Shown here piece by piece: positions 25,055 through 38,700 of a stretch of DNA of 64,000 bases. Origin of the DNA: Raillietiella orientalis. Its lineage: Eukaryota. The notes beneath the pieces are model-generated. The model was not told the DNA's origin. It saw only the letters and a list, made by a program, of their open reading frames with translations, and ran no database searches. The position numbers and the translations under genes were made by a program. The stretch is from NCBI GenBank assembly GCA_036172245.1, contig JAYWIR010000007.1:1736001-1800000 (forward strand), read 5' to 3'. Positions within the stretch are counted from its first letter, which is position 1, and every line of letters begins with the position of its first letter.

Positions 25055-25630
25055 GTGGGTGGTCCTCCCCATTTCATCTTCTCCTCCGAAGGGAGCCCGG
25101 AAAGGATGCGCTAGTAGGAATTTCTTCTCCGGAGGGAGCCCTCAAGGGAACCGCTCCTGTTCACTCCTCTGAAGAGAACCCCGAAGGGACGCTTCCGAAA
25201 TTCAGAAGGGGCTCTGCAGCTTCCCGCAGGGGAATCGCTCTCGCTTGCTTCCTTGCACTCTTCTGGAGAGGCGGCGACTCGGAGAGTCCCCCCCCCCCCC
25301 ACAAGAGGGGAGGTCCGCTCCTTTAAACAACTGGAGAGGCGCCTGTGAAGGCTCCTGCTCCATCTTGAAACCGGAGGGGGAACTCCCCACTCCTTGATTC
25401 CTGCAAGGACCCGGAGGTCGACTCCCGTCTGTCCCGACCCTCATCGGGGGCGTCCGGTTGCAACCGCTACCAGTGCCGCACCCGGATGAATGCAGGCCAA
25501 CCAGCGTCATCTTGCGGGGTGAACTCGGGACCCACGACGCACTGCGCCAATTCCTTTCGGAGTATTCGAACCCACGACGCTTGGTGGTGCCACGCGCGGA
25601 GACCACCGTGACCACACGGCCTCCGACGCG
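25055..25630 (-). mobile_element. tRNA-derived SINE-like retroposon, copy 2 (3'-truncated)
   Basis: On -: A-box-like AGGCCGTGTGGTC (about 25610-25622), B-box GTGGGTTCGAATAC (about 25562-25575) and a second CGTCGTGGGTCCCGAGTTC. The body aligns by eye with 1650-2080. Confidence 0.6.
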
Positions 25631-28531
25631 GGCGAACGGAGAATCTGAAAGCACACATCGAGGTGTGCATTACGTGCACTGCAGGAACAATTTCTTCTTC
25701 AGTGCTATTTGGCCGAAAGTGATAATAAGAATAATGGCAGAAATAAAAAAAAGAGTGCTCTATGGGTTTGGCTGCATGGGCGGAAAGTGTTTGAAAGAGT
25801 GGAAGCCTGGAGGCGCTCCACGAACGCTGTTTTTTCGTTTCTTTGGTCCTTTTTTTCCTTCTCCCTCTCGTCGTCTCCGTCTCGCTGAAGAAGTGGGGGA
25901 GGAGGGCATCCCCAAATGTGTTTGTATAGCGACTCGGAATGGTTCGAAACGCGCATCATTCACGGCGCTCGGAAATTTGATGACTGTGGCTGATCTCCAG
26001 GAAACGAACCGGCCACTTTGCAGCAGCGCACGCTTGACGTCTTTCCCGTTCTGGCATCGCAGATCTTGGGATCTCCTCATTTGCGGATGCATTCCTGGAG
26101 CGCTTTCCTCTCCTTCGAAAGGAGCGGTCCTTCCTCCCTGGCTCTTGCCAGCGTGATTTTCGACTGCCCCCAGCTAATGAATGTACTTTTACTTGGCCGC
26201 ACTTTCTGGACGTACTTTTACTTTGTGTCGCCAGGACGTTTCGAGTTTCCTTCGGTGGCGGAGGGTGTTCCACGAACGGGAAGCTTTCCCCCCCCTCCTT
26301 TTTTTTTTTTTTTGGCCGCGGACCTCTGCGCGTGATGCACCTCGCCGCCCTGACGTGCCATTGCAGTTGATGACTTGCCGCCTAACAGTCCGTTCGGTGT
26401 CAATAGCTTTTTTGTTTGCCCTCGTGCCGGCGCTAAGCGTTTCTGCCGCGCAGCAGCTTTGATCGCCCGTTCTCGCTCCCGAATTCCGGGATTTTTTTTT
26501 TTTTTTTTCGGGGATGTGGCAAGACTGCAGCGAGCTCCTGGCGTCCCCGGGACGTCGTCGCAGGGTTCCGCAGCGCCGCTGCGGAATGGTCAATAACGCG
26601 GGCGCTCAAGAATTTATTCCCTGCCGTTCGCTCGCAGCCCGGGTGTTGCTTCGGGAATAAACACTTTTTCGTCCGAAAGCTTCCCTGAAATCAGTGTAGC
26701 CCATCTCCTCGCAAATGAAAAACGGCAGTTTTCACGGATCATCCGAATTGATTCTCACCTTGGTGTGAGCTGGCAAGCGTGCGGAAGCCATCGCGCGCTT
26801 CATATTCATCCGAGTAAAGTGGAAAATTAATGATGCAATGAGGGAATTAAATCTTTTGAGCGTCATCCTCAGTAGGAGGAGAAGAAAAAAAAAAAAATTT
26901 TTTTTTTTTTTTTCTTATAAGCATACCAGATAAATGCAGGGTGAAATGCATCTTATGAATTAAGGCGTGGATGTTTTTATACGTGCCGTATTTAGAACAG
27001 CACCATCATCTTGAAATGGCTCTGGCAGAGCAGAATATGCTACCATCCCAATGACTTTGTATTCCCATTTCATCGTGCCAAACTTGGTAATGCTTTCCTG
27101 TTTTCCTGATTTATTTCTTTCTGACTCTTCAATCTCCGATGCATCTATGTTTTATGCAAGGAGAGAATGTGCATCAAATAGCAGCCGTTCTGGAAGAAAT
27201 TGGAATTTTTCTGGAGAGAGAAATTCAAGGCGAATGGTTCCTCCGAAGCATACAAATGTTTCCTATGGAGAACACAGCTCGAATAAAATCAGTGAGGCAG
27301 GAATGAAAAGCATTTCATAAATTATTCCCGATAGATTTCCTGACGAGAATGGCTTGATGTATAGTACAGTGGGAATGCAACGGCCGCTCTTGGAATCAGC
27401 CTTTTCATATCTTCATCCTGGAAAGGAGAGAGGGAGGGAGGGAGGGAGGGAGAGAGAGAGGAGAAGAAGAAGAAGAAGAAACTCTCATTTCGGTTTCGCA
27501 TGTTTGAGGTAAGGGTTATTCGTTCGGCACATTTTATCATCCGGCGATGAATAAACTTTCACTCACATCCCAAATCGAAAGATATTTCCCCCCCCCCCCC
27601 TCTCCGGGAAGCACGGCAGGCAATTGAAACTGCCGGCCTCCGCAATTGAATAAATGGATTTCCATCGCTGCTAAAATAAGTCCAATTAAGCTGACAGTCA
27701 ATCAAGATCAGCATCCCGAAGCCGTCGTCGGTTTCTGCTATGCAAGAGCTGTCAGGACCCATCCACGTAGCAGCAGAGCAGTGATCCTGACGTCATCGCG
27801 AGTGATTCCTCCCTCCCCCCGCCTTTGGAGGAATTTTGAGGGATCGAACGAGCCTTTGAAAAATAAATAACGTATCGATTGCAAATGAACTCGGATTCTC
27901 TACCTAATGATCGTGGCACCTTCCGTCATTACTCCCCTTGATTTCCTGCTCTTCGAGGATCGATTCCTGAGGCGATGGAGATAAATATGCAGGAATTCCT
28001 CCTCCTCCCGATTTTCCTTTTGTCTCATTAGGAGCGTGGTGAACCGAACCGAGTTCTCAAGGCGCGGGAGAGCATCCCTGCTAATTGGACGTTTTGTCCT
28101 GGTTCACGGTTTGCGCGCCGTCCGCGCACAGCCCCCCCCCCTTCTGTCCCCCCCCCCCTCCCCCCAAAAAAAGGAAAAGTCGATTGGTACGGGAAGCACG
28201 GAGGAAGACGACGGCTCGGCGGGGGGGAAGTCGGAGCAATCAGAAACCACGGGTGATCCCTGTTTGCCGGCGATCCAAGTGGAGCAGCAGCCGAGGAAAG
28301 GCGCGCCCAAGGAAGCAGCAGCAGTGCATGGGGGGTGATGGCCTGCCCAGCCTTGTATTGGCCACGCGCTGCTCCGGGAGCTCACCAGCGCCCCACCTCA
28401 GCGACCCCAAACGCATCTTCGCAAAGGGAGAGACACCAACGGCGGCAGCACCGAACCTTCGTCTCGAACGTTTTTTTTGTGACCTTCGGCTGGCCGCCGT
28501 TTCGGTTGCTTCCCGTTCGGAGGGGGAGGGG

Positions 28532-29215
28532 GGTTGTCACCCGGGTAGCCCGGGGCGTTTATTTATAAAAACTCTACATTGCGTGGTACAAGGCCCCACC
28601 ACGGTCATGGGCACTGGACCTGCCGGGACACCGGGACGCAGCCCGGCGTGACTCTCCTCGGCAGTGAGAGGGGACGGGGAAAAAAACAAAAAGAAAAATA
28701 AAAGATAACGAAAACAAAAAGAAGTTGGAGGGCAGGGAAGGGATCACGAATCACTGGGAGGAGGGCCCATCCTTCGAAGGATGCCCCCGAGGTCCTTCCG
28801 AATATTTCCCAGCTGGGGCCACCCGGTAGCTCTCCTCAAGAAGCGAGCAGCATACGGGATGACCGTCCCTCTCGTAATGGCCATCTTCTTCGTCACGCAT
28901 TTCGCTCCGAGCCACCACGATTCCTCGGATGCAGCAGAGGGCTGCGAGGGCTGCAGGGCGTCTCGCACGAAGAGCAGCCGAAGAACGTCTCTGGGATTGC
29001 TGCCCACCGGGAGCCCGAGGGTCGTCCCGAAACGGCCCCGTAGGGGTCGCAGGGCAGAACAGTCCACAGGAAGGTGTGGGGAGCGATTCCCGCTCCCCAC
29101 ACCTGGCACAATCAGGCCTTACGCTTCCCCCCGTCCGGTGGAAGCGGCGCGCGTTGCAGGGTGGACCCCAATGCAACAGCAGCAACGCCGACTCTTGCCC
29201 CTTCAGGGGGAGAAG
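28532..29215 (-). mobile_element. L1/Tx1-like LINE 3' fragment, copy A (zf-RVT-like C-terminus plus 3' UTR)
   Basis: ESALLLLHWGPPCNARRF...DCARCGERESL...HLPVDC (CxxC...H....C), then NPRDVLRLLF...WPQLGNIRKDLGGILRRM. T-rich UTR and AATAAACGCCCCGGG end are shared with the other copies. Confidence 0.65.
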
Positions 29216-30078
29216 CCTGGGAGGGGGAGGGGTGTGTGGGGAGAGGAACGCGCACACCACCGCCGCCGCCGCGGGGAACGCGAGAGGAACAGCAAGAGCG
29301 AGGAGGAAACATCCCGTAGGGGCTGCTGGGTGCACGCCCGGGCCACACGGCACGGAACCCTTCTCCGAAGACGTCGCCGGACGGAGGAAAAAGGAAAAAA
29401 AAAAAAACAGAAAGACAAAATGCGATGAGGGCATATTTTTCGGTTGCAGGCAGCTCCAGCGGAATCTGTCAGCAGCCAGGCAACGCAACGCGCTCTCCGG
29501 AGCCCCGCTCCGTAAACCCATCCCCCATTTATTTACGTGCTCACTCCTGGACCCCCATTCCGAAGTGCTAAACGCGGCGCCCGCGCCGCTGCGCAGCGGG
29601 GGCGATGTGACTTCCGCGGGAGCTCCACCTTGCCGATGACTGAGAACGGATGGGTTGCGGAAAATCGGATGACTCGGCGAGAGCGTTCCCGAACGCCCAA
29701 GGTCACCTGGAAGTGACGAACCGAAAGAGCAAGGAGGGGATGGGGGCAGGGATCGATGCCGCACCGGGAACGTTCTCCTGGAAGCGGGAGCCGCAGTCGC
29801 CGCTGCTGCGCCCCTTCCTTTGTGGCCAAGGATGAGGGCCGGGCGCATGCAACCGTGGAAACACGCCTGGGCAGCCTCAGGACACCGCGTCTGTTTTTCC
29901 GCATCCGCAAGAGTTTGCAGCGGAGAACTTCCTCTTCGGTCTATTTTAATCCCGCGTTCTCACCAGCATCTTCATGATCGGAGGAGGAACGGGGGGGGGG
30001 GGGGAGGGGAGTGCACTTTCAGTGACACGTCGGACGGATCGGATACTTTTACATCACCATTACATCATTTCTCTGATG

Positions 30079-30950
30079 CAGGGGTTCCATAATTAAATTA
30101 ACGTTTAACTGAAGTTTCGTGAGGGCGTGTTCCCAACATCCCCACTATTCTCTTTTCCTCCTCCTCCTCCTCCCGATTTCCGTGTAGCGCGCGGAAATTA
30201 AAACGTTCAGAGTCCCCCCCCCCCCCAAAAAAAAAAGCGGGACCTCCTGGCACTTTTATATTCGTTTGCAGGGTTGGGGTGTCCCGGGCGTGGGTCGGCG
30301 GAGCGAGCCCGAGACACTTTTGTCTGCCAATTTGCCACAGCTCGTTCCCAGCTTCCAGAGGTTCGCGGATGGATCACTTCCGCGGCGGCGGTCCCGCTAT
30401 GGCCGCGCCGTTCTTCCCCCCCTCCCCCCCCCCATTCGTTACAGCTTCGGATCTTCCGTGCAGAGCATGATCCGTCGCGAGTTCAGGAGGCTTCCCCGGT
30501 CCTCGGGAAGATGGCAGTTGGGGTGCTCGCGCGACCGCTCTCGCCGCCGCGACTGCAGCGTCTCCTCCATAGGAGCTGCCGGACTCGACCCGGGGAGCGA
30601 GTGCGTGGGGCGAAAGCCGATGGACGCCACGACGGCTACGAGTTGCTCACCGTTCCCCAGATGGACCGCACAGGCTTCCCGGCTTCCGGTTCACTGACCT
30701 TCAGCCACTGCGAGCACTCCCGGACTCTCTCAAACTGATTGGTTTTGAGCCGAGTCCGTGTATCTCAGCCCTGCACTCGCATCTGGCAGCGACTTTGAGT
30801 CTTGAGAAACCGCCTAGAGCGTTCGTCCTGTCCTGGTCAAGCGTGGGGGGTTTCGCGAGACTCGCCGTAGGTAGGCGTGGACTACGGAAGCTGAGAAGAG
30901 CGTTGGAACGGACCCCGCCGAGAGTGGCAGATGCGGAGAAGAGTGAGGTG
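30079..30950 (+). mobile_element. Decayed Tc1/mariner-like transposase N-terminal remnant
   Basis: TIR-like CAGGGGTTCCATAA at about 30080. Degenerate SFQRF...LPRSSGR (cf. VQR.F...PRSGRP), LQPLRALPD (cf. QL.Q.L.P.D) and ERTPP (cf. ENPH). Interrupted by LINE copy B. Confidence 0.3.
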
Positions 30951-31500
30951 GCCCTCCCGTTCAATCTGCTGCTGGACTGTGATGCTCTCCGGCCCTTTTG
31001 GGGTCATCTGGAGACAACCCTCCGGATCCTGACGGGCAGCCCCAGGGCCCACACGTCGACACGCCTCCCTTCGTGCGTGCCACGCTGCCTCCGCCCGCGC
31101 TACGGGATTGAGGCGGTCTGGAACGCAGCAAGGAGAGGCCAGGATGGAAGGGACGCCTCCCGCCATTCGGGAATTCCCTTGAGGAACCGCCACGGGATGG
31201 CCCTTCCTGGGCAGCATCCGCAACCAACCTGCCGACATCCTGGATAGGATGCAGGGGTCGCCTGGCAGCGAGCAGGGACGAAACCTCCCTTCCTGTTCCC
31301 CCTCCCCTCCCCTTCGTCCAGAAAAGCTCTGCACTCTTTCCTCTCCCCCCTCTTCCCTCTTTTTCCTTTTGTTTGTCCGCTTCGCTACCGAGGCGGACCC
31401 GTCGGCCCGCGGACCGGCAACTTCCACGTGCCTCGGGAGTAGTCGGACCGACAAGCCTGTGACTTCATAACAAATGCCCCGGGCGAATCCGGATGAAAAA
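30950..31500 (+). mobile_element. L1/Tx1-like LINE 3' fragment, copy B
   Basis: NLLLDCDALRPFWGHLETTLRILTGSPR matches the copy A/E tail. CCGACATCCTGGATAGGATGCAG, a pyrimidine-rich UTR and AACAAATGCCCCGGG follow. Confidence 0.55.
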
Positions 31501-31619
31501 GGAGAAGGTCGGTTGCCACGTATCCCCTCCTCCAGCGATCACTTGCAGTTCCTTGCCACCTGCACGGCCACGCGTGCACGGAGGAACGGAACGAGGACAC
31601 CCAGGTGCGCCGGGGGGTT

Positions 31620-32200
31620 CTTTCACACTAAACAATCGTAGTCTCTATGGTCGGGTCGGTGGTCCAGCCATGTGCAATTTGACGGAGCGCCTGCCGGGTC
31701 GCCGGTACGCGGACCGCTGAGGTCCGCCACGGCAGCAGAGGGGATGGGGTGGGGGGAAGCAAACAAAGAGAAACAAAAATAAAAATAAATAAATAAATTT
31801 GGGAGCGGAGGAAGGGGCAAGAAGGGATCACAGTGGGTGGTCCTCTGCATCCTTTGGAGGACGCCGTCTTGCTCGATGTTGTTTTCCAGGTGGGGCCATC
31901 TCGTTGCTGTCCTCATGAAGCGAACGACGTCCTGTCGCTCCACCCTCCCCTTGTGTCGCTCCAGGACACCACAATCCCAAGTAGGCAGCAGAGAGCTGCT
32001 GCTAGGGAGGCTGCGGACTGGAGGGCGTCACGTAGGAGGATGGGTCAGTCCTATAGCGTCCCTGGAGTTGCCGCTGGGGGTCCCTAGGGTCGCGGGGAAG
32101 CGTTCCCAGAGGGACCGGAGAGCAACAACATGATCCACGAGCAGGTGCGGGGAAAGAGAGAGAGGGGGGGGGGGATTTGCGCTCCCGCGCTCGCCGCCAC
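31620..32200 (-). mobile_element. L1/Tx1-like LINE 3' fragment, copy C
   Basis: VRFMRTATRWPHLENNIEQDGVLQRMQR (ORF 31623..31943) is homologous to copies A/E/F and followed by the same T-rich UTR and CCCCTCTGCTGCCGTGG motif. Confidence 0.65.
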
Positions 32201-33147
32201 CGTTGAGATCTACGAAAGGAGCGAGGATGTGCTTCCCGGCAGGACGCCGCCGCGCCATGCGCCGTCCCGAAAGCTTCGAATGAACGAGGACCGGATGGAC
32301 CTGCTCCGCGCCGAGGTCAACGTTTCTCTCGCCCTTCCGGGGATCACGTGGCTGACCGATCACATAGACCCCCCGACTTTTTCCGTTCGCCCGTATCCCC
32401 TCCCCCTCCCATGCCATCTCCCTTCTTCGCTTTTTTTCTCCTTCCCGTTCCGTTGCAACGCGCGCGCACGCAGCGACGTTTCGCGGATGCTCCTCGCTAG
32501 GGTTTCCCTGGAATCCGGTCAGCCGCTTCCTGTTGCGGGTGGTGGTGCGGCGCGTTCGCTCCCCTCCTCCTCCTCCCCCCCCATTCCAGTCCCCACTGTT
32601 TACATTGGCTACTTATTCGAGTGAAGATTAACTGCGCCGTGCTCCCCGGCTTCCTCTGCCGGAGTTATTTTTCCTCGGGATGTATAAACGCATCCACATA
32701 ATTGTTCCAGATACCCTCTCCACATTCCCAGATGGTACCCATGCTTTCAGCAGCCCAATAACTTTCGGCTGGCGAGGCTGCTCACATTCGGTCCTGACAT
32801 CCCCGCACTTTGAGGGAAGGAGGATAAATATATTGATTTTCCTGTCGAACATGCTGATTCACCGGCAGCAGGAAGGAAGGGAGGGAGGGAGTTGCCCCGC
32901 GTTCCACGAAACGTCGACGCGTGGATCGCTCGCCCCGTGGTGGTGGAGGGGAGGGGGAGGATGCCGGAGCGCCCCTCTCACTCCGTCCACCAAGAAGAAG
33001 CGGTCGGGAGGTGCCGAGTGGGTGCGCTCGGCACCTCCCGACTGCAAACTCGGCCGCAGGACGGAGCGAAAGACTTCGTGCGGAAGACGCTTCGAGCTGG
33101 ACGACGACTCTCCTTCACTCCGGAGCCCCTTCCCGGATCCACAGGGT

Positions 33148-33399
33148 TTATTGCCAGGTCACGCCGGACGTTTATTATAAAAAATAATAAACCTATAAAC
33201 CTATAAAATGCTCGGAACCTGACGAGTAACCGGCATGTAGGCCGGCGAGGTTCGCCTCGGCAGCGGAGGGAGGAAGAAGGGGGGGGGGGGAATAGAAATA
33301 CAACAAAAAAATATATATACGAAAAAATTGGGGGGTTCAGGGAGGGGATCACTGGTAGCAGGAGGGCGTCCTCTGCATCCTTTCCAGGACGCCAGCAAT
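33148..33399 (-). mobile_element. 5'-truncated LINE insertion, copy D, with 18-bp target-site duplication
   Basis: 252 bp matching the last codons (GGATGCAGAGGAC) and 3' UTR of the family. Flanked by TTCCCGGATCCACAGGGT (33130-33147) and TTCCTGGATCCACAGGGT (33400-33417). Confidence 0.75.
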
Positions 33400-33473
33400 T
33401 TCCTGGATCCACAGGGTGCTCCCTACAGGGGGCTGCTGCCCCCTAACTTAAAGAGTGAACACGCACCCTCGTT

Positions 33474-34460
33474 AGGTTGACACCCGGGGCGTTTATTTAA
33501 AAAAAAAAAACCCTCCATGTCTGTGGCAGGACGTTTGAACCTGCCGGGTTGCTTATAACTACGAGAAGGAACCTGGCGGGATCTGGCACGCAAGCCAGCG
33601 GGCTTCGTCTCGGCAGCAAAGGGGAGGGGGAGACAAACAAAAAGGAAAAAAAGAAAACAAAAAACACACAGTCAAAAAATGGAGGGGGGGTCCGGGAAGA
33701 GATCATCGGGTGCTGGACGAAGTCCTCTGCATCCTTGTAAGGATGCCGGCAAGTTCCCGTTTTACGATCCCAAGATGAGGCCATCTTGACGCTATCCTCA
33801 TGAAGAGGACGGCAAAATGGATGTCGTCCATGTCGTCTTGGCCTCCTCGGACGTTGCTCCGTCCAGCCATGGTCCCGCCGCGTAGGTCCCCTCTGCTGAT
33901 GCGGTCGGCGTGAGGGCGTCGCTCAAGAGGCGCTTCAGAACGTCTCTGGGGTTGCCCTCGAGGATCCGCAGGGACGCCTTCCCACATGGGATGGAGGGGG
34001 CCGCAATCCATGAGCAGGTGAGAGAGGGACTCTGCTTCTCCGCACCTGCTGCGGTTGGGGTTCGCACTTCCCGGGGTCCAAGGGTGTCGGCGGGCGTTAC
34101 ACGAGAGATCCCAATGCAACAGCAGGATCGACGACTCCTGCCACTTCAAGAGGAGGGTGACACTGTTCCAACACGCTGAGGGTCACCCTACCTCTTCAGG
34201 AGGAATTCGCCCTCCCCAGCGTAGCAGTCCTTTTGGTGGGACACTCGGGGTCGCGGCGTTCGCCAGCTCGCGAGTTCTCGACGCACTTAGATGTTTCTTT
34301 TTATTGTGTATTTCGCAGGCCACTTCCCACCTCGCTGGATGTTGGCTGTCCATTGCTCTCCTTAGGGAGGGCAGCACTGGGGCGAAGGGAGGCACCCTCG
34401 TCAGGTGGAAGGGACAGCGCGCGTTTCCCTATTTCTCCTACTTAGTTCTTCAGTACTTAT
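33474..34460 (-). mobile_element. L1/Tx1-like LINE 3' fragment, copy E
   Basis: QESSILLLHWDLSCNARR...RCGEAESLSHLLMDCGPLHPMW...RIASRWPHLGIVKRELAGILTRMQR (ORF 33703..34149), with AAATAAACGCCCCGGG 3' end. Confidence 0.7.
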
Positions 34461-35004
34461 GGAACCCAAAAAGGGGGGGAGGGAGGGAAAAACGCCGGAG
34501 GGAAAGCGGCGGAAACGGGGCTGAGAGAGACGGCAGCGGCAGCCCTCAACGAACGGAGCTGCGGATATCCGAAGCACGAAACGACGACGCCGGGAGTGAA
34601 GGAAGAAGAAGAGGATTCAGCGGATGGAGCGAGCGAGGGATGCGGCCGCGGAGGATTCCCGAGTGGATTTCCAGAGGGGACAGAAATTCCAGGGACGCAA
34701 CTGCGGGTAGGCGGGCATTCCGTCGCGTGCCCCGAGGGTTCGCGGACGCAATGGCCAACGCACGTCTCCAGACATTGCCAGTACCTCCCCACCCCCCTGC
34801 AGGAATTCTTCAGCTGCACGAAAGACAACAGGGACGCCCCCCAGTGAGAGTGCGCGCTGCCACGGCGCACCCGCGTCACGCATGCAGGACAAACACGGGG
34901 TGCGCTGACGGTGGGGGTGCAAGACCTTTGCTCTCAGCTGAGGGATTTCCTCCAGGAGAGCTGGGAAGCAGAAATCGCGTCCGATCTCGACCGCATATCC
35001 ACTC

Positions 35005-35790
35005 CCTCTGCTTTCTTTCAAGATTTTTCTTTCCCTCTTTTTGGTTCTCCGGATGCTGGAGAACCGTCCACCTTCGTAGGGGAGTCTCGAGAGGCTCTTC
35101 AAGCACCACCACGCCAACCGAGGGTGTGTCTTGTCTCTTCAAGCTAGAGGGAATCACCCCGGAGGGACCGCCCCACGAATCCAGAAAGGAACCCCAAAGG
35201 GAATCTCTTCCTAAATCTTTTCGGAAGGTCCTCCCGTAGGATGGGGACAGTCCTTGTTTCTTCTCCAGAGAGAACCCGGAAAGGATCCGCGATCCTGGAA
35301 TTTCTTCTTCGGGGGGAACCCGCGAATCATAGCGCTCTCTGTTTTCTCCTCCTCTGAAGAGAACCCTGAAAGGACGCTTCCCCGAAGGAAGCAGAGCGCT
35401 TCTTGCACACCGGAAAGGTCCATCATCAATCCACTAGCTCCGTGGTACGAGACGGAGGGTGCCCCCACGGGAACAGACAGTCCCATTGTCACAACGGGAG
35501 GGGAACCCCGAAGGGCTCCTTGATGTCCTAGAAGGATCCCAGGGGGTCAACTTACACTCCTGGAGGTCAGTCGATGGGGGTGTCCGGGGGTTTCCGGCTT
35601 CCCCCAGTGCCGCCGCACAAGAATGGGCAAAACAGCGTCCTCCTTCCGGAAGAGGGTTCGAAACCCACGACGCACCTCACCACCCCGTTCTCAGCGTCGT
35701 TCTTTCCCAGGGCGGGATTCGAACCGACAAAGCCTGGTGCCACGCACAGGCGCAAGTCCTCGACCGGAGGGGCTTGGCCCTCAACGGATC
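35005..35790 (-). mobile_element. tRNA-derived SINE-like retroposon, copy 3
   Basis: On -: GGTTCGAATCCCGCC (about 35711-35725) and a second GCGTCGTGGGTTTCGAACC. Body and A-rich tail are co-linear with 1570-2370. Confidence 0.6.
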
Positions 35791-38700
35791 GCAGCGTAGT
35801 GGCGGCTGCTGCTCCACTAAGTGCAACACCCTGGTCGGTACACACGTCGCCTACGGACGACGCGGGTCTTCCATGCTTGCCGCATGGGATCCTGGAGGAT
35901 GCTGGACCCGATCCGGATGGCGAAAACACGCTCACGCATCCGCGGACTGAGTCTCTCTGCGCGGCTGCCCGAAAGACCGCCAGGTTTTTGCTTGCCGGAG
36001 GCTTGGCGGCGGGACTTGTTCCCGGAGAACGGAAGGAGCGTCCCGGCACGCCTGACCTGTCCGCCTGGCACCGGAGGCACGACGGCGAACCAGGTCGCTC
36101 TCGACCGGGACGGATTCTGCCCCTGAGGCTTTCAGACGGGCGGCAGCTTCCCCCCGCCGGCCACTCGACCAAGAATGCGTACCAAACTCCCGAACCCGCG
36201 GGACGCTTCCAAGGTAGCGACCTTTCATGCGGGTGGGGTAAGGGAGTGGAGAGAACCTGTCTCGCGAGGGTCTAAATCGGGGAAAAGGGATGGCGCATAC
36301 ACAGGGTCGCTTCCATCAGCACCGGGCGACTGGGAAAAAAGGGATCGCTTGTCATCCCAGATACGCGATCCGTGATCCGACTGAGAGGAGTCCTTCCATG
36401 ACTTCAGCAAGAAGTGTCGAGTGCCCGCCTCCTGAAGCTGTGGCTCTCGAACCGTTCCTTCCCTCCTGGGAGCACACCGGAAGTCCTCCCGGTTCCCACG
36501 GACGGTGCACGCAACTCGCACCCACAGCTCACGGGCCACGGGCCAGTCGGTCCGCGTGTCGCGTCCATTCGTGCGGCGGAGCAGGGGCGTCAGGACAATT
36601 AACGGAAGCTCCGCTGTTGACTTCCCCAGACCCCTGCGGACGGGGGAGGGCGTGCTCGCGTGCTCTTCGACTCCCTTTACGGCCTCCATCAACAGCCTTC
36701 GGGACTGAGTCCGAGTGCACTCGGAGGCGCGGCTTGCCTGACGGGAAATCCGTCCCGACGCCCGCTCTCTCACGCGCCTCTCTCGTCGGGCGCGCGGCCG
36801 ACCGCAGGCGAAAGTGACCTTCAAGTTCCCGTTCCTTGGCCTCTTGCTCGGCCTCCCTCACGTGAGCTTTCCGAGGGGGTGCGAGTGCCTTCCCCTCCCG
36901 TACGAGAGCTCATCCTGGATGAGTTTCTCCAGGTCGCGCGCTAGCCCTCGAGGCGCTAGGTCAACTCTCCTCCCAACGAGGCGCCAGAAACCGGTAACCA
37001 AGGTGAGAGGCCGATTCGGAAACAGTCGCCTGCCACAGACAGTGGAAGCATTGCCTCTGTGTGACCCACCCACCGCGGAGATTCTGCGCGATAGCGGAGT
37101 TCGGCTCGCTCTCGTTTGCGGCGCACGCCGAAAATCTTGCCTGAAGGGAGACATCGGGGAATGTTCCCTGGCCATCTGTGCGCCGGCGAGATTCATGCAA
37201 GGAACACGCCGCCGCCTCTGGCGCCCTTCTTACAGCGACGGATCTTGGCAGCCTGGACGAAGCAGTCGGTTTCTGGACACGGGGAGGCAGCCGCAGGGCG
37301 AGGGCGGTGTGCCATAGCGCGCCGCCGCGGCAGATTGGATGGGGACGGTGCGAGTAGAGCTCGCCGCCCTGGAAGCAGCCTCCGAGCCGATTGAGTCCGA
37401 CCCCTCCCGCGGAGCGTCAGGCTGTCGTCCGCAGCGGAGAAGGACGAGTGACACGGCTCAGTGCATGTGGGCCCATGGAAGCCTCTCGGAAGTCTCTCCC
37501 GACTCCAGGGCTTCCGGAGACCCCGAAGGAAAAAAGGAAAGCGGAAGAAGGAGGAGGAGGAAGAGGAAGAAGCGATCTCCAAGCCAGATAGGAAGGTGCA
37601 GAGGTGGCAGCAGCAGGACGGAGCGCACGAGCGAACCTCCGGTCATCGCTGCCGCCTATCGCCCGTTTCCAAGTGTCAGGGAAGGAGGACGAGAGATACG
37701 ATCGGATGCTGTGGAACCCGGCCGAACTCGCTCCTCCTCCGCCGGGCAAGCGCAGCACCACCAGCAGGCGCATCTTTGGACACGTCTCCTCCGTAGACGT
37801 GTCCAAGGGAGGAGGAGCTGCAGACGTGCCCATCTTTCCTCTTCCCATCCATCCCCGGTCTCCCGTACTGAGCACCCATCGTAGGCAGAAGGCCGGCTTG
37901 GTTCCCTGCAGGGTTGCTCTTGGCAACCTTCCCTGCCGTCTCCTCGCGAGGCGGGCTGCGACTTGGCAACCGCCGTGTGGGAACACCCGGGGCCCAGCGA
38001 CTCCCCGCTGGGGGAATTTTGGGGAGGATTGGGGGGTGAAAGAATCGAAATCTCGGTACACGCGCTGCCGAGACCCCGGGAAGAACAAGGAGAGCTGTTG
38101 GAACCCTCATCCCCATCATCTGCCGCCACCGCAAGGGGGCACAGCGTCGGGGCGGGACTCCCCAGAGAGCGCCCATCCTCAGGGAGGACAATGTTGCACT
38201 CCGGACTGGTCGGGATCTCCCAGACCTCAGATGAGGAGGAGCTGATAGGTTGACTCGGAGAGAGCGGGAGAGAGAGATGGGAAGAACCGCGAGTTTGCGG
38301 GGCGATGCCCACTTTCTCGCGTCCCGTGCTCGGAAGGCATCCTCGTCTGTGGTCCCCGAGAGTCGATTGGCAGAGCGAGGAGGACGCACGCGAATGCAGC
38401 TCCGGCCAAGCAACCCCGCGAAACTTCCCTCTCGCCTTCCCATCGTCCCTTCCAGACACCTCTCCCCTCCTCCTTCCTCCTCCTATCCCCTGTGACCGAT
38501 GGACGGCATCCTCTTCCAAGGGACCGAGCAAAGGGCGGCGCATGAGCAGAGGACCCCTCTCCTTCCTCCTCCTGCCCGGAGAGAGGACTCGTCGTCCTGA
38601 GAGTGCACCCTAGGCCTGCGAAACCTTAGGCCCCGCTCTTTCGCCTCTCTCGGAGCCGGGAATCTCACGGTCGCATCCGCAGGGAGGACGGCGCCCGCGG

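Noticed and set aside
25560..25630. Functional tRNA gene (also at about 1570-1640 and 35710-35790)
   Set aside because: A/B-box-like words are present but no complete cloverleaf or paired acceptor stem; the sequence is part of a dispersed repeat.
36200..38700. ORF1/gag part of the LINE upstream of copy E (QCFHC, GTKPAFCLR)
   Set aside because: Isolated words only; continuity with copy E cannot be shown without alignment.
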